The notes beneath the pieces are model-generated. The model worked only from the letters and a program-made list of their open reading frames with translations, was not told the origin of the DNA and did no database searches. The translations under genes and the position numbers were made by a program. Positions 15,230 to 29,376 of a DNA stretch of 64,000 nt are shown piece after piece; within the stretch, counting starts at the first letter, position 1, and the number at the start of each line of letters is the position of its first letter. Origin of the DNA: Macrostomum lignano. Its lineage: Eukaryota. Location: contig NIVC01002865.1 of NCBI GenBank assembly GCA_002269645.1, positions 1 to 64,000 of the forward strand, read 5' to 3'.

Positions 15230-15948
15230 CCTATTATATTAAATGCATTTGAAGGAATGAGTTTTTTGTCGTCTTCAGCTCCTGCTGCCGTTGGCAAAAC
15301 ATTCGATTCCCTACAATTGAAACTTCATTTCAATCAGAAAAGAACTTTTTTGTTTGGACAACTCCGTTTAACCCGTGTGTGTTAGCTATTTACTGTACTG
15401 TCTTTATTGTCATGCTTAAATTAAACCAATCAAATTAACTTACCAAAGCACCTCCCGACTGTTTGTGACTGTCACAGTGCGTTGATCCGACGATGATCCA
15501 AGAGAAGACAGTTCAGTCGATCGATAATTTGATATAATTTATGACACACAATAACGGAAGTCAGCGGGGATGTAGTTTGGACACCAGTTTTCATTTAATA
15601 AGTAACATGCTTGTAAGGACTTTACTAACCAATAAGTGCACGGACATTTGCCATAGACTATAGACTAATTGATAGTGCGCCACCCGACTGATTACAATCA
15701 AGTTAGGTCTATAAATAGCTTGCGTAGACTTTTATCCTAGCAAGAATCTGACGCAATATCTGTAGCCATCATTTCCCTGAGGTATTATTATAGTTTGCCT
15801 CTGTACAAGTACATGCACTGTTTAGTCGAAAGCAAAAGTCTGTAAGCAGTAATTTACGGCCGGCTGATTACCGGGTGGATCTTGCAAAATCCTATTCATA
15901 ACTGAAAAGTAAAATACTGTGTATCCATCCATGCATCCACCCATCTAT

Positions 15949-16348
<400 letters not shown>

Positions 16349-17359
16349 AATCTCTTCACAGTTGTCTAGGATGAAAGTCACAAGATATTTTAATATGCGG
16401 GTCAGTTGCACAGCTGCATCCAAATGCGTAGGGAAATTCCATCCGGTGGGAATTCAAGCGGCAGAGAAAGCTGTTTACGACACTATAATTATTCCATATA
16501 AACCCCTCCATTAACTTCCTTGACTTAATGATAATCTATTTTTAACTCAATTATGTATAAAGCTGAAAAAAAGCCGCAGAATTGACTGGAATACCGCCCT
16601 GAACAGACTGGAATGAAAAATGTAAAAAATCTTGAAGGTAGAAAAAAAATTGATGTGGAAGAAAGCATCAATGAGTAACAGAAATTTATTAGATCTAACA
16701 AACCGCTATCTACCAGACAATCCAACTTATAGTCTACTAGAAGACGATCTTACATTTTCAATACTTTATCTGAAATCTTTCATCCTTTACTAGAAGCCAA
16801 TAAAGTGTTTCAACAACCAACCTTTACAATTCAAAATGCATAGTAGTATGCATTGCAAGGTTTTTCTGAAATCTTACAAGCTAATTTAAGCAAAAAACAC
16901 TTCATATGGATAAGAAATAGTAGAGCTAAATGCAAGGCAAGTATGAAATGTACTTAAAGGGCAGCTGTACACATTTAACTATCAACACACTGTATGTAAA
17001 TATCGATTTATTTGCGATCGGTTCTTCCCGCTCTGAGTAAAGAATAACAATGTACGACAGAGTGAGTACAATATACAGGACTAAATCAAATATGGATTGT
17101 ACGGTATTGGGGTTGGAGTGAACAGGGGTAGAAAGAGAAAAGGAAGACAGAGAACTACTCGCAGCGAAAAATGTGAGGCGAGAACCCTGAGCAAACTTGA
17201 AATCTTATAAAATAAGAAGACAAAGTCAGCACAAGAAAAGAGGAAAAGAAAAAAATTTCTTTATTGCACATAACGAATCTTCATTATGCGCTTGCTCTTG
17301 CAAACATGATTCATTTAAAACCTTGCTGAAATCTTATAAACAAAATTCAGAAAAGAACA

Positions 17360-20300
17360 ATGGACTTATTGAACGATAAACAGCGGTTTGTTGTCGTGGC
17401 AACTTCTGGGGCTGCAGTTATGCTAACATTGGGTACCAACTACTGTTTGGGTGAGTGACTCTATGTGCGTTTATTTTGGCGCCAATATCTTGCTGTAGTT
17501 AAACTCTATGTGTGTTTATTTTGGCGCCATTTTTTACTCAAATTTAAGGTAAATAATTTTATCATAAATCCGTTAAATTGAAGCGCGAGATGAAATCACT
17601 TCACGTGTATTTATGCGCCACTTTTTAGCGCAAGTTTTTTTGGCGTTCTTTTTTAGTTAAAAGTTAAATAAGTTTAACTTTTTTAAAATTTCAAGTCTAC
17701 TCCATGTTTACCCCAGGCGGCTTATCTCCCTACATCGTGTCGCGTCTGTTAGAAGCTGATCAACTCAACAGCAATGGAACTCCAGCCCGTGATCCGCATC
17801 CCGGATCAGCAGCGGCCTCCAAGCTCAACACTGGCACAGTCGTGTGGGTGTTCGTGGTGGCCGCTCTGTTTCAGGGCTTCGGTATGCTCGCTAGCGGCTT
17901 CCTGACCGCTCAACTGCCGTTCGACAGGCGTTGGAGCATCGCCTGCGGCTGCCTCATTAGCAGGTGGGGGGGGGGTTCGATTGAAATGCAGGGTTGCATG
18001 CTGCACCTCAGGAGGGATTTCGCCGAGAACGAGCCGGCACCATGACCCTCACTGAAACTTTTACATACGATCTGCGCGTCCTGTACCTGACTCCCAGCGA
18101 GGCCATGCGCCTTCCCTCCTCAGTTTTTCGCGAGCGCTTGTGCGCTAGGGCTCCTTGAGTTCTCTGCGTCTCTACTGCTACTCCTCTCCTGTCTCCTCGC
18201 ATCTCCTGTCTCCTCGCCTCTCCTGTCTCCTCGCATCTCCTGTCTCCTCGCCTCTCCTGTCTCCTCGCCTCTCCTTTCTCCTCGCCTCTCCTCTCTCCTC
18301 GCCTCTCCTCCCTCCTCGCCTCTCCTCTCTCCTCGCCTCTCCTGTCTCCTCGCCTCTCCTGTCTCCTCGCCTCTCCTCCCTCCTCGCCTCTCCTCTCTCC
18401 TCGCCTCTCCTCCCTCCTCGCCTCTCCTCCCTCCTCGTCTTTCCTCCCTCCTCGCCTCTCCTCCCTCCTCGTCTCTCCTGTCTCCTCGCCTCTCCTGTCT
18501 CCTCGCCTCTCCTGTCTCCTCGCCTCTCTTGTCTCCTCGCCTCTCCTGTCTCCTCGCCTCTCCTCCCTCCTCGCCTCTCCTGTCTCCTCGCCTCTCCTCC
18601 CTCCTCGCCTCTCCTCTCTCCTCGCCTCTCCTCCCTCCTCGCCTCTCCTGTCTCCTCGCCTCTCCTGTCTCCTCGCCTCTCCTCCCTCCTCGCCTCTCCT
18701 GTCTCCTCGCCTCTCCTGTCTCCTCGCCTCTCCTCCCTCCTCGCCTCTCCTGTCTCCTCGCCTCACCTCCCTCCTCGCCTCTCCTCCCTCCTCGCCTCTC
18801 CTCCCTCCTCGCCTCTCCTGTCTCCTCGCCTCTCCTTTCTCCTCGCCTCTCCTCCCTCCTCGCCTCTCCTCCCTCCTCGCCTCTCCTGTCTCCTCGCCTC
18901 TCCTCCCTCCTCGCCTCTCCTGTCTCCTCGCCTCACCTCCCTCCTCGCCTCTCCTCTCTCCTCGCCTCTCCTGTCTCCTCGCCTCTCTTGTCTCCTCGCC
19001 TCTCCTGTCTCCTCGCCTCTCCTGTCTCCTCGCCTCTCCTGTCTCCTCGCCTCTCCTCCCTCCTCGCCTCTCCTCCCTCCTCGCCTCTCCTCCCTCCTCG
19101 CCTCTCCTGTCTCCTCGCCTCTCCTGTCTCCTCGCCTCTCCTGTCTCCTCGCCTCTCCTGTCTCCTCGCCTCTCCTGTCTCCTCGCCTCTCCTCCCTCCT
19201 CGCCTCTCCTCCCTCCTCGCCTCTCCTGTCTCCTCGCCTCTCCTGTCTCCTCGCCTCTCCTGTCTCCTCGCCTCTCCTCCCTCCTCGCCTCTCCTGTCTC
19301 CTCGCCTCTCCTCCCTCCTCGCCTCTCCTGTCTCCTCGCCTCAGCTCCCTCCTCGCCTCTCCTCCCTCCTCGCCTCTCCTCCCTCCTCGCCTCTCCTGTC
19401 TCCTCGCCTCTCCTGTCTCCTCGCCTCTCCTGTCTCCTCGCCTCTCCTGTCTCCTCGCCTCTCCTCCCTCCTCGCCTCTCCTGTCTCCTCGCCTCTCCTG
19501 TCTCCTCGCCTCTCCTCCCTCCTCGCCTCTCCTCCCTCCTCGTCTCTCCTGTCTCCTCGCCTCTCCTCCCTCCTCGCCTCTCCTGTCTCCTCGCCTCTCC
19601 TGTCTCCTCGCCTCTCTTCTCTCCTTGCCTCTCCACTCTCCTCGCCTCTCCTCTCTCCTCGTCTCTCCTCTCTTCTCTCTCCTTTCCTCTCCTCTCTCCT
19701 CCTCTCTCCTTTCTCCAATCTCTCTTCTCTCTGCTTTATTCCCTCTTCTGTCTCCACTCCGCTGGCCCGCAGCCATGAGCTGGATTCTCTATCCGGCTCT
19801 TAAAAAAGTAAAAGCCGACCCCTGCTCTCGAGAAATCAGATTTTGCTATCGCGGATTTTTCCCGAACGAATTTTTCCATGGGGGAACCCCATTCAGCGCT
19901 ATGCGTTCTCCCCTTCGAATCTAGGTAGCTTACTAATTGAGAATACTCACCTACCGGCTCATCACCCCGCAGCCTGGGCACCTGTCTCACCGGTCTGACT
20001 GTAGCCGTTTCAATTGGCCTGGTGATTCTGACCAGCGGAGCAATATTCGGTTTCGGACAAGGCCTCGCGTACGCATTGATTTTGGAGAGCGTCACATCGG
20101 TGAGAGCTGGCTTACTGTTAGTAGTTGCTTAGAAAAACTGTAATCTTGGTTTACTGACAGTTCAACTTTTTCGGTTTTAAGGCTGTCATGGAAACTGAAC
20201 ATTTTATGTGTATCTAAGGCTATATTCAAAGCTCTATGAAGTTAAAACTCAATGTACTGTCGTCAGCTTCATTGATATTTTACCTACGAATGTTTGTTTT

Positions 20301-23300
20301 AGCTTATCTGAAACTAATGACTAACTAAGACACACCTAAAACTAATTAAGCTAATTATAACTAATTAACTAATAAAAACCTAAAACTAATCTGAAACTAA
20401 TTAAGACGCATCGCACCTAAAAATAATAAGGACACACCTGAGACTAATCAAGACACACCTGAGACTAATCAAGACACACCTGAGACTAATCAAGACACAC
20501 CTGAGACTAATCAAGACACACCTGAGACTAATCAAGACACACCTGAGACTAATCAAGTCAAGACACACCTGAAACTAATCTAGACACACCTGAAACTAAT
20601 CAAGATACACCTGAAACTAATTAAGTCACACCTGAAATAAACCCTAATTATGTACTGTTACTGTTTGACTCATTTGTCTCGAACCAACTTGTAAATTTCA
20701 GTGGACAGACGACAGCAAGGGCCTGATCACTGGCATCCTCGTGAGCAGTTTCGCAGCCGGTGCAATCGTCTTCCTGCCCATACAGTCCAAGATAATAAAT
20801 CCGGAGAATTTGACACCGGATTTGAGAATCGGCAATGATCGCCTCTTTTCACAGGTTGGAAAATTCTTTGAAATTTTACAATTCTGCCCATTCCGTCCGC
20901 TGACTCCTGAGCACACACAAGCGGGTCAATACTGAAAGCAGGCACGAACTCACACACGCTCACTCAGGGTGTACAGCGGCCCCGACTTTCTAATCGTCAG
21001 GCACGTACACTCTGTGTGCGAAACTATCAAATCTATAGTGTAACATCTACCAAATCTATAGTGTAACATCTACCAAATCTATAGTGTAACATCTACCAAA
21101 TCTATCGTGTAACATCTACCAAATCTAGTGTAACATCTACCAAATCTATAGTGTAACATCTACCAAATCTATAGTGTAACATCTACCAAATCTATCGTGT
21201 AACATCTACCAAATCTATAGTGTAACATCTACCAAATCTATAGTGTAACATCTACCAAATCTATAGTGTAACATCTACCAAATCTATAGTGTAACATCTA
21301 CCAAATCTATCGTGTAACATCTACCAAATCTAGTGTAACATCTACCAAATCTATAGTGTAACATCTACCAAATCTATAGTGTAACATCTACCAAATCTAG
21401 TGTAACATCTACCAAATCTATAGTGTAACATCTACCAAATCTATCGTGTAACATCTACCAAATCTATCGTGTAACATCTACCAAATCTAGTGTAACATCT
21501 ACCAAATCTATAGTGTAACATCTACCAAATCTAGTGTAACATCTACCAAATCTATCGTGTAACATCTACCAAATCTATCGTGTAACATCTACCAAATCTA
21601 TAGTGTAACATCTACCAAATCTATAGTGTAACATCTACCAAATCTATAGTGTAACATCTACCAAATCTATCGTGTAACATCTACCAAATCTATAGTGTAA
21701 CATCTACCAAATCTAGTGTAACATCTACCAAATCTATAGTGTAACATCTACCAAATCTATAGTGTAACATCTACCAAATCTATAGTGTAACATCTACCAA
21801 ATCTATCGTGTAACATCTACCAAATCTATCGTGTAACATCTACCAAATCTAGTGTAACATCTACCAAATCTATAGTGTAACATTTACCAAATCTAGTGTA
21901 ACATCTACCAAATCTATCGTGTAACATCTACCAAATCTATAGTGTAACATCTACCAAATCTATAGTGTAACATCTACCAAATCTATAGTGTAACATCTAC
22001 CAAATCTATCGTGTAACATCTACCAAATCTAGTGTAACATCTACCAAATCTATCGTGTAACATCTACCAAATCTAGTGTAACATCTACCAAATCTATAGT
22101 GTAACATCTACCAAATCTATAGTGTAACATCTACCAAATCTATAGTGTAACATCTACCAAATCTATCGTGTAACATCTACCAAATCTATAGTGTAACATC
22201 TACCAAATCTATAGTGTAACATCTACCAAATCTATCGTGTAACATCTACCAAATCTAGTGTAACATCTACCAAATCTATAGTGTAACATCTACCAAATCT
22301 ATAGTGTAACATCTACCAAATCTATAGTGTAACATCTACCAAATCTATCGTGTAACATCTACCAAATCTATCGTGTAACATCTACCAAATCTAGTGTAAC
22401 ATCTACCAAATCTATAGTGTAACATCTACCAAATCTAGTGTAACATCTACCAAATCTATCGTGTAACATCTACCAAATCTATAGTGTAACATCTACCAAA
22501 TCTATAGTGTAACATCTACCAAATCTATAGTGTAACATCTACCAAATCTATCGTGTAACATCTACCAAATCTAGTGTAACATCTACCAAATCTATCGTGT
22601 AACATCTACCAAATCTAGTGTAACATCTACCAAATCTATAGTGTAACATCTACCAAATCTATAGTGTAACATCTACCAAATCTATAGTGTAACATCTACC
22701 AAATCTATCGTGTAACATCTACCAAATCTATAGTGTAACATCTACCAAATCTATAGTGTAACATCTACCAAATCTATCGTGTAACATCTACCAAATCTAG
22801 TGTAACATCTACCAAATCTATAGTGTAACATCTACCAAATCTATCGTGTAACATCTACCAAATCTATAGTGTAACATCTACCAAATCTATAGTGTAACAT
22901 CTACCAAATCTATCGTGTAACATCTACCAAATCTATAGTGTAACATCTACCAAATCTATAGTGTAACATCTACCAAATCTATCGTGTAACATCTACCAAA
23001 TCTATCGTGTAACATCTACCAAATCTATAGTGTAACATCTACCAAATCTATAGTGTAACATCTACCAAATCTAGTGTAACATCTACCAAATCTATAGTGT
23101 AACATCTACCAAATCTATAGTGTAACATCTACCAAATCTATCGTGTAACATCTACCAAATCTATAGTGTAACATCTACCAAATCTATAGTGTAACATCTA
23201 CCAAATCTATCGTGTAACATCTACCAAATCTAGTGTAACATCTACCAAATCTATAGTGTAACATCTACCAAATCTATCGTGTAACATCTACCAAATCTAG

Positions 23301-26300
23301 TGTAACATCTACCAAATCTAGTGTAACATCTACCAAATCTATAGTGTAACATCTACCAAATCTATCGTGTAACATCTACCAAATCTATAGTGTAACATCT
23401 ACCAAATCTATAGTGTAACATCTACCAAATCTATAGTGTAACATCTACCAAACTATAACGTCTGATATAGCTACGCCTAGTTTAAATTCGAAGCGCATAA
23501 AATCCAGAATTACTTACACGTGAACTTCACAGCTCGAGGTGACAAGCCGAACGCCACATTCGTTCTTCATCATGTCGGCAATCTACGCTTCGGTTCAGCT
23601 TCTGTGCATCGGTTTTATCCGTAAAAAGCCAGAAGCCAGAAGTCAGTCTGGATCAGATCAACAAGCGGGTGAAGGCACCATGCTTATTGATGAGTCTGGA
23701 ACTGCTCAAGCTGCTCAAAAGCCTGACTCACCCATCCCAGCCTCCGAGGAAGCGCAAGAGGTGGCTGCTACGCAATGGACTCTGCAGTCGGCCGTGCAGT
23801 CGCTGCCCTTCTTTGTCATGGGATTAAGCATATTTTTCCTGACGCCCGCCAGCATTGTGCTGCCTTCGTTGGACAAGGTGCCGGATGTTGTTTACTGCTA
23901 AGGGTAGCTAGTGAATTTTCACCCACTCAAACCCGACACTCGCAAAACCACTCAGTCACACTTCAAACCTTTACTAAGTCACACTCCAAACCTTTATTAA
24001 GTCACACTCCAAACCTTTAGTAAGTCACACTCCAAACCTTCATTAAGTCACACTCCAAACCTTTATTAAGTCACACTCCAAACCTTTATTAAGTCACACT
24101 CCAAACCATCATTAAGTCCCACTCCAAACCATTATTAAGCAACACTCCAAACCATTATTAAGTCACACTCCAAACCATCATTAAGTCCCACTCCAAACCA
24201 TCATTAAGTCACACTCCAAACCATTGTTAAATCCCACTCCAAAGCATCATTAAGTCACACTCCAAACCATCATTAAGTCCCACTCCAAACCATTGTTAAA
24301 TCCCACTCCAAAGCATCATTAAGTCACACTCCAAACCATCATTAAGTCCCACTCCAAACCATCATTAAGTCACACTCCAAACCATCATTAAGTCACACTC
24401 CAAACCATCATTAAGTCACACTCCAAACCATCATCAAGTCACACTCCAAACCATCATTAAGTCACACTCCAAACCATCATTAAGTCACACTCCAAACCAT
24501 CATTAAGTCACACTCCAAACCATCATTAAGTCACACTCCAAACCATCATCAAGTCACACTCCAAACCATTGTTAAGTCACACTCCAAACCATTTAACGCA
24601 CTCCTACTGCGCAGGCTTACGGGGAGACGTTTATCTCGAACGACATGCTGCTGTCAGTCATGGCCGGAATCGGTGGAGCTTTCAACGCGTTCGGCCGATT
24701 GGTGGCTGGCATTGTGATTGACCGGCTGCACTTCCGCGTGAGAGCTGCGTTCCGTGCGGCTTTCTTTGCCAAAGTTTTTTATGCCAAAACCCCCAAATCA
24801 ACAACCCCCCAAATCAACAACCACCAAGCCAACAACCCCCCAAATCAACAACCACCAAACCAACAATCCCCCAAATCAACAACCCCCTCAAACCAACAAC
24901 CCCCCTCAGACCAACAACCCCCCTCAGACCAACAACCCCCCTCAGACCAACAACCCCCCTCAGACCAACAACTCCCCTCAGACCAACAACTCCCCTCAGA
25001 CCAACAACTCCCCTCAGACCAACAACTCCCCTCAGACCAACAACCCCTCTCAGACCAACAACCCCTCTCAGACCAACAACCCCCAAACCAACAACGCTGA
25101 AAACGACAGACAGAAAAGCTAAAGGCTTCAGACGCAACAATATTTAACAAACTGTTGCAGGTCTGCGTCCTAATTCAAGGCCTCCTTTTAGCAGCCCTGC
25201 ACGCATTGACCCCACTGTCAGCGCTGACGCACCCTGCGCTCTACTTTATCCTCGTCTGCTCAGTGAATTTTGTATTCGCCGGAGTGTTCGTGTTCTTCCC
25301 CTACTCGGTTGAGAAGTTGTACGGCAGCGCGCTGTTTGCCCAAGTCTACGGCCTGGTCTTCCTGTTTAAGGCGGTGGCCGGAGCTCTGATTGCCGCAGTG
25401 ACCACAGCCGGCCTCGGGGCGCTCGGCTGGACTGGCATTCTGGTGCTGACTGCCGTCACCTCCGGCATTGGTGGGTGGATTGACGACTGGCAGTGGTAGA
25501 TTGTAGATTGTAGATTGTAGATTGTAGATTGTAGATTGTAGATTGTAGGTTGTTGTTTTACGTAGATTGTAGACTGTAGATTGTAGATTGTAGATAGTAA
25601 ATTGTAGATTGTAGATTGTAGATTGTAGATTGTAGATTGTGTATTGTGTATTGTAGATTGTAGATTGTAGTTTTACGTAGATTGTAGACTGTAGATTGTA
25701 GATTGTAGATAGTAAATTGTAGATTGTAGATTGTAGATTGTAGATTGTAGATTGTGTATTGTGTATTGTAGATTGTAGATTGTAGATTGTAGATTGTAGA
25801 CTGTAGATTGTAGATTGTAGATAGTAAATTGTAGATTGTAGATTGTAGATTGTAAATTGTAAATTGTAGATTGTAGATTGTAGATTGTAGATTGTAGATT
25901 GTAGATAGTAAATTGTAGATTGTAGATTGTAGATTGTAGATTGTAGATTGTGTATTGTGTATTGTAGATTGTAGATTGTAGTTTTACGTAGATTGTAGAC
26001 TGTAGATTGTAGATTGTAGATAGTAAATTGTAGATTGTAGATTGTAGATTGTAGATTGTAGATTGTGTATTGTGTATTGTAGATTGTAGATTGTAGATTG
26101 TAGATTGTAGACTGTAGATTGTAGATTGTAAATTGTAAATTGTAGATTGTAGATTGTAGATTGTAGATTGTAGATTGTAGATAGTAAATTGTAGATTGTA
26201 GATTGTAGATTGTAGATTGTAGATTGTGTATTGTGTATTGTAGATTGTAGATTGTAGTTTTACGTAGATTGTAGACTGTAGATTGTAGATTGTAGATAGT

Positions 26301-26855
26301 AAATTGTAGATTGTAGATTGTAGATTGTAGATTGTGTATTGTGTATTGTAGATTGTAGATTGTAGATTGTAGATTGTAGACTGTAGATTGTAGATTGTAG
26401 ATAGTAAATTGTAGATTGTAGATTGTAGATTGTAAATTGTAGATTGTAGATTGTAGATTCTAGATTGAAGATTTTAGATTGTAGATTTTAGATTGTAGAT
26501 TGTAGATTGTAGATTGTAGATTGTAGATTGTAGATTGTAGATTGTAGATTGTAGATTGTAGATTGTAGATTGTAGATTGTAGATTGTAAATTGTAGATTG
26601 TAGATTGTAGATTGTAGATTGTAGATTGTAGATTTACTTAAATTGTAGACTGTAGATTGCCAATTGTAGATTGTGGTCTCTAGTAGATAGTACCAATGAC
26701 TACTCAGATAGTTCGTAAATATAAAGACACAGGGTTGGGGTTTAAAGAGATGCAGGGATATTAGGTCCTATACTCCCAACCCACGTATTTCAGGTGGTCT
26801 GCTAATTTTGCTCTACAATACGGAGAGATGGAAGTTGGCAATAGCTCTCGTGTGA
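17360..26855 (+). CDS. Major facilitator superfamily transporter, oxalate:formate antiporter-like, 8 exons, 485 aa
   Basis: Exons: 17360-17450, 17717-17963, 19973-20099, 20702-20854, 23533-23877, 24615-24737, 25161-25470 and 26794-26855. All introns are GT-AG with matching phases, summing to 1458 nt. Motifs: TLGTNYCLG, GAIFGFGQGLAY, W.DDSKGLITG, INPEN, FNAFGRLVAG..ID and VYGLVF. Confidence 0.88.
18180..19700. repeat. 17-bp pyrimidine-rich minisatellite, about 90 copies (TCTCCTCGCCTCTCCTG/C)
   Basis: Direct reading. The 17-aa periodic ORFs in several frames are artefacts of it. It lies in MFS intron 2. Confidence 0.97.
20431..20635. repeat. 21-bp minisatellite (AGACACACCTGAGACTAATCA)
   Basis: Direct reading. 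Confidence 0.9.
20940..21015 (-). mobile_element. Fragment of the SINE family seen at 38939-39292
   Basis: It shares GCAGGCAC...GTGTACAGCGGCCC..ACTTT...ATCGT.AGGCA.GTACACT with 39063-39130. Confidence 0.7.
21029..23451. repeat. 23-bp satellite-like array, about 105 copies, three monomer variants (AAATCTATAGTGTAACATCTACC)
   Basis: Direct reading. Variants are TATAGT, TATCGT and the 21-bp TAGT form. Confidence 0.98.
23975..24590. repeat. 23-bp minisatellite, about 26 copies (AAGTCACACTCCAAACCATCATT)
   Basis: Direct reading. Confidence 0.95.
24790..25095. repeat. 18-bp minisatellite (CAACAACCCCCCTCAGAC)
   Basis: Direct reading; intronic. Confidence 0.92.
25497..26660. repeat. 7-bp (TAGATTG)n array with larger duplicated blocks
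   Basis: Direct reading. The marker TTTTACG recurs at about 25557, 25671, 25982 and 26258. Confidence 0.97.
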
Positions 26856-27148
26856 TTGATTAGAACTCGTTTTTAGAATTTGGAGATGCTTTATCTTGCA
26901 TTATTGTTGTGTCTCACTTGATTTAAAGTACTTGAATTTTAGTCGAAAGATCGGTGCAAGGCTGTGTATTACAAATAGAACACTTATTATCATACGCCAT
27001 GCTGTAGGGCGCGTCGGTCTCTGGACTTTTTATTGTCTTTGTAATGTCGTGTAATGGTATTGTCGTTCAAATTAATTTTTTGGAACGTCTCATCCGTTAT
27101 TTTTTGCATTATAATTTTGAAGTGAGATGATAGAGAAACCAACCATCT

Positions 27149-27326
27149 GAGGTGAGGTGAGGTGGGGTGAGGTGAGGTGAGGTGAGGTGAGGTGAGGTGA
27201 GGTGAGGTGAGGTGAGGTGAGGTGAGGTGAGGTGAGGTGAGGTGAGGTGAGGTGAGTTGAGGTGAGGTGAGGTGAGGTGAGGTGAGGTGAGGTGAGGTGA
27301 GGTGAGGTGAGGTGAGGTGAGGTGAG
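27149..27326. repeat. (GGTGA)n microsatellite
   Basis: Direct reading. Confidence 0.97.
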
Positions 27327-27612
27327 ATTGCAATAGATCACATGAGATGAGATTATAAGAAAGAGAATGAGACCACCACATGCTTGATGTGAGATATGAG
27401 ATTTGAGAAAGAATACTGGGAAAAATATGCTTGATGCAGTGAGTGATTTGCCAGCAATGACGTCATAGACTTAGATAATTGGAGGTTTATTAATGCCATT
27501 TATTTTGCAGTGAGAACAAGGTTATATTTTTAGGCGTTACATGCAATTTTCAAAGATAGGTAGATCCCATACAGGTAGATAGAATAATTTCACCAGTTCG
27601 AGAGGCCTCAGC

Positions 27613-29376
27613 ATGCATTCCTCAACTGCCGCACTGCTTGTGGTCGCTTCTGTTCTGGTGATATTTCCTGTCGTTGCTGGTTCCGCTGAACTCGAGAGAG
27701 TCGAAGGAGGTGAGTTAACTGATAGAGAAAGTCAGTGAGGGTCAGTGAGACCCAGTAGTAAGAGTCAGAGACAGTCAGAGAGAGTCAGAAAGTCAGAGAC
27801 AGTCAGAGACAGTCAGAGAGAGTCAGGGAGAGTCAGAAAGTCAGAGAGAGTCAGAGAGAGTCAGAGACAGTCAGAGAGAGTCAGAGAGAGTCAGAAAGAG
27901 TCAGAGAGAGTCAGAGAGAGTCAGAGACAGTCAGAGACAGTGAGAGAGAGTCAGGGACAGTCAGAGACAGTCAGAGAGAGTCAGAGAGAGTCAGAGAGAG
28001 TCAGAAAGTCAGAGACAGTCAGAGACAGTCAGAGAGAGTCAGAAAGTCAGAGAGAGTCAGAGAGAGTCAGAGACAGTCAGAGAGAGTCAGAGAGAGTCAG
28101 AAAGAGTCAGAGAGAGTCAGAGAGAGTCAGAGACAGTCAGAGACAGTGAGAGAGAGTCAGGGACAGTCAGAGACAGTCAGAGAGAGTCAGAGAGAGTCAG
28201 AGAGAGTCAGAAAGTCAGAGACAGTCAGAGAGAGTCAGGGAGAGTCAGGGAGAGTCAGAAAGTCAGAGACAGTCAGAGAGAGTCAGGGAGAGTCAGAAAG
28301 TCAGAGAGAGTCAGAGAGAGTCAGAGAGAGTCAGAGACAGTCAGAGAGAGTCAGAGAGAGTCAGAGAGAGTCAGAGAGAGTCAGAGAGAGTCAGAGACAG
28401 TCAGAGAGAGTCAGCGAGAGTCAGAAAGTCAGAGACAGTCAGAGACAGTCAGAGAGAGTCAGAGAGAGTCAGAGAGAGTCAGAAAGAGTCAGAGAGAGTC
28501 AGAGACAGTCAAAGACAGTCAGAGACAGTGAGAGAGAGTCAGGGACAGTCAGAGACAGTGAGAGAGAGTCAGAGACAACCAAAGACAGTCAGAGACAGTC
28601 AGACAGAAGGGCAGAGCAGACATTACTGGCATTCCCTGGCTACAAAAATTACAGTTAAAAGCAATTTTTCAACCAAAATTTCCCAAAAAACTGAAGCTCA
28701 AACTGAAGCAAAAACTGAAGAACTGCTGATCTCCATGACCGACTTCCTGGTCGAGTCCGCCTCGCTTCCGGCGAGCACTCGCGCCAAGCTGCTGCTGATG
28801 AAGGTGCTGCTGAAGCTGAGGATGAGCAGCACCAATGCTTTTCAAAATATGCTCACTGCTGGTGAGTTAAGAACCGACTACTTCAGTACTCGATTCTGAT
28901 TTAATAATAACTGTAAATCTACTTTATAACCCGGTTCTCAGGCACATTTAAACTTTGAGCACCCACCCCCAGCACCCACCCCAGCACCCACCCCCAGCAC
29001 CCACCCCAGCACCCACCCCCAGCACCCACCCCTCTAGCACCTACCCCTCTAGCACCCACCCCCAGCACCCACCCCTCTAGCACCTACCCCTCTAGCACCC
29101 ACCCCTCTAGCACCCACCCCCAGCACCCACCCCTCCAGCACCCACCCCTCTAGCACCCACCCCTCTAGCACCCACCCCAGCACCCACCCCTCTAGCACCC
29201 AACCCCAGCACCCACCCCCAGCACCCACCCCAGCTCCACAAAATCTGCAAGCTCATTAGAATATCATTGCACTTTGCACTCCCACAGATCACCCTGTCGC
29301 AGAAACCCTAGCTGTCGGAGGCCAGTCCGGAAAATTCAACAATAACAACGAAATTCTAAAAGGCGACGGGTTCTAG
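27613..29376 (+). CDS. Putative small secreted protein, 3 exons, 108 aa, unknown family
   Basis: Exons are 27613-27709, 28721-28861 and 29288-29376. Both donors are GTGAGT, both introns are phase 1, and the total of 327 nt is in frame. The N-terminus MHSSTAALLVVASVLVIFPVVAGSA looks like a signal peptide. There are no Cys residues. Confidence 0.6.
27745..28612. repeat. (GAGAGTCAGA)-type 8-10-bp array, intronic
   Basis: Direct reading. Confidence 0.95.
28962..29233. repeat. 13-15-bp C-rich minisatellite (CAGCACCCACCCC)
   Basis: Direct reading. Confidence 0.93.

Noticed and set aside
16390-16900. Possible degenerate hAT transposase fragments (LLEANKVFQ-like)
   Set aside because: Multiple stops and shifts; similarity is too weak to support without a search.
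18008-19924. 542-589-aa ORFs, and a coding-like stretch at 18012-18150
   Set aside because: The ORFs derive from the 17-bp repeat. The short stretch has no phase-compatible splice sites, and the true MFS exon 3 is at 19973.
21029-23451. CRISPR-like regular repeats
   Set aside because: Monomers are head-to-tail with no unique spacers, there are no cas genes, and the context is eukaryotic.
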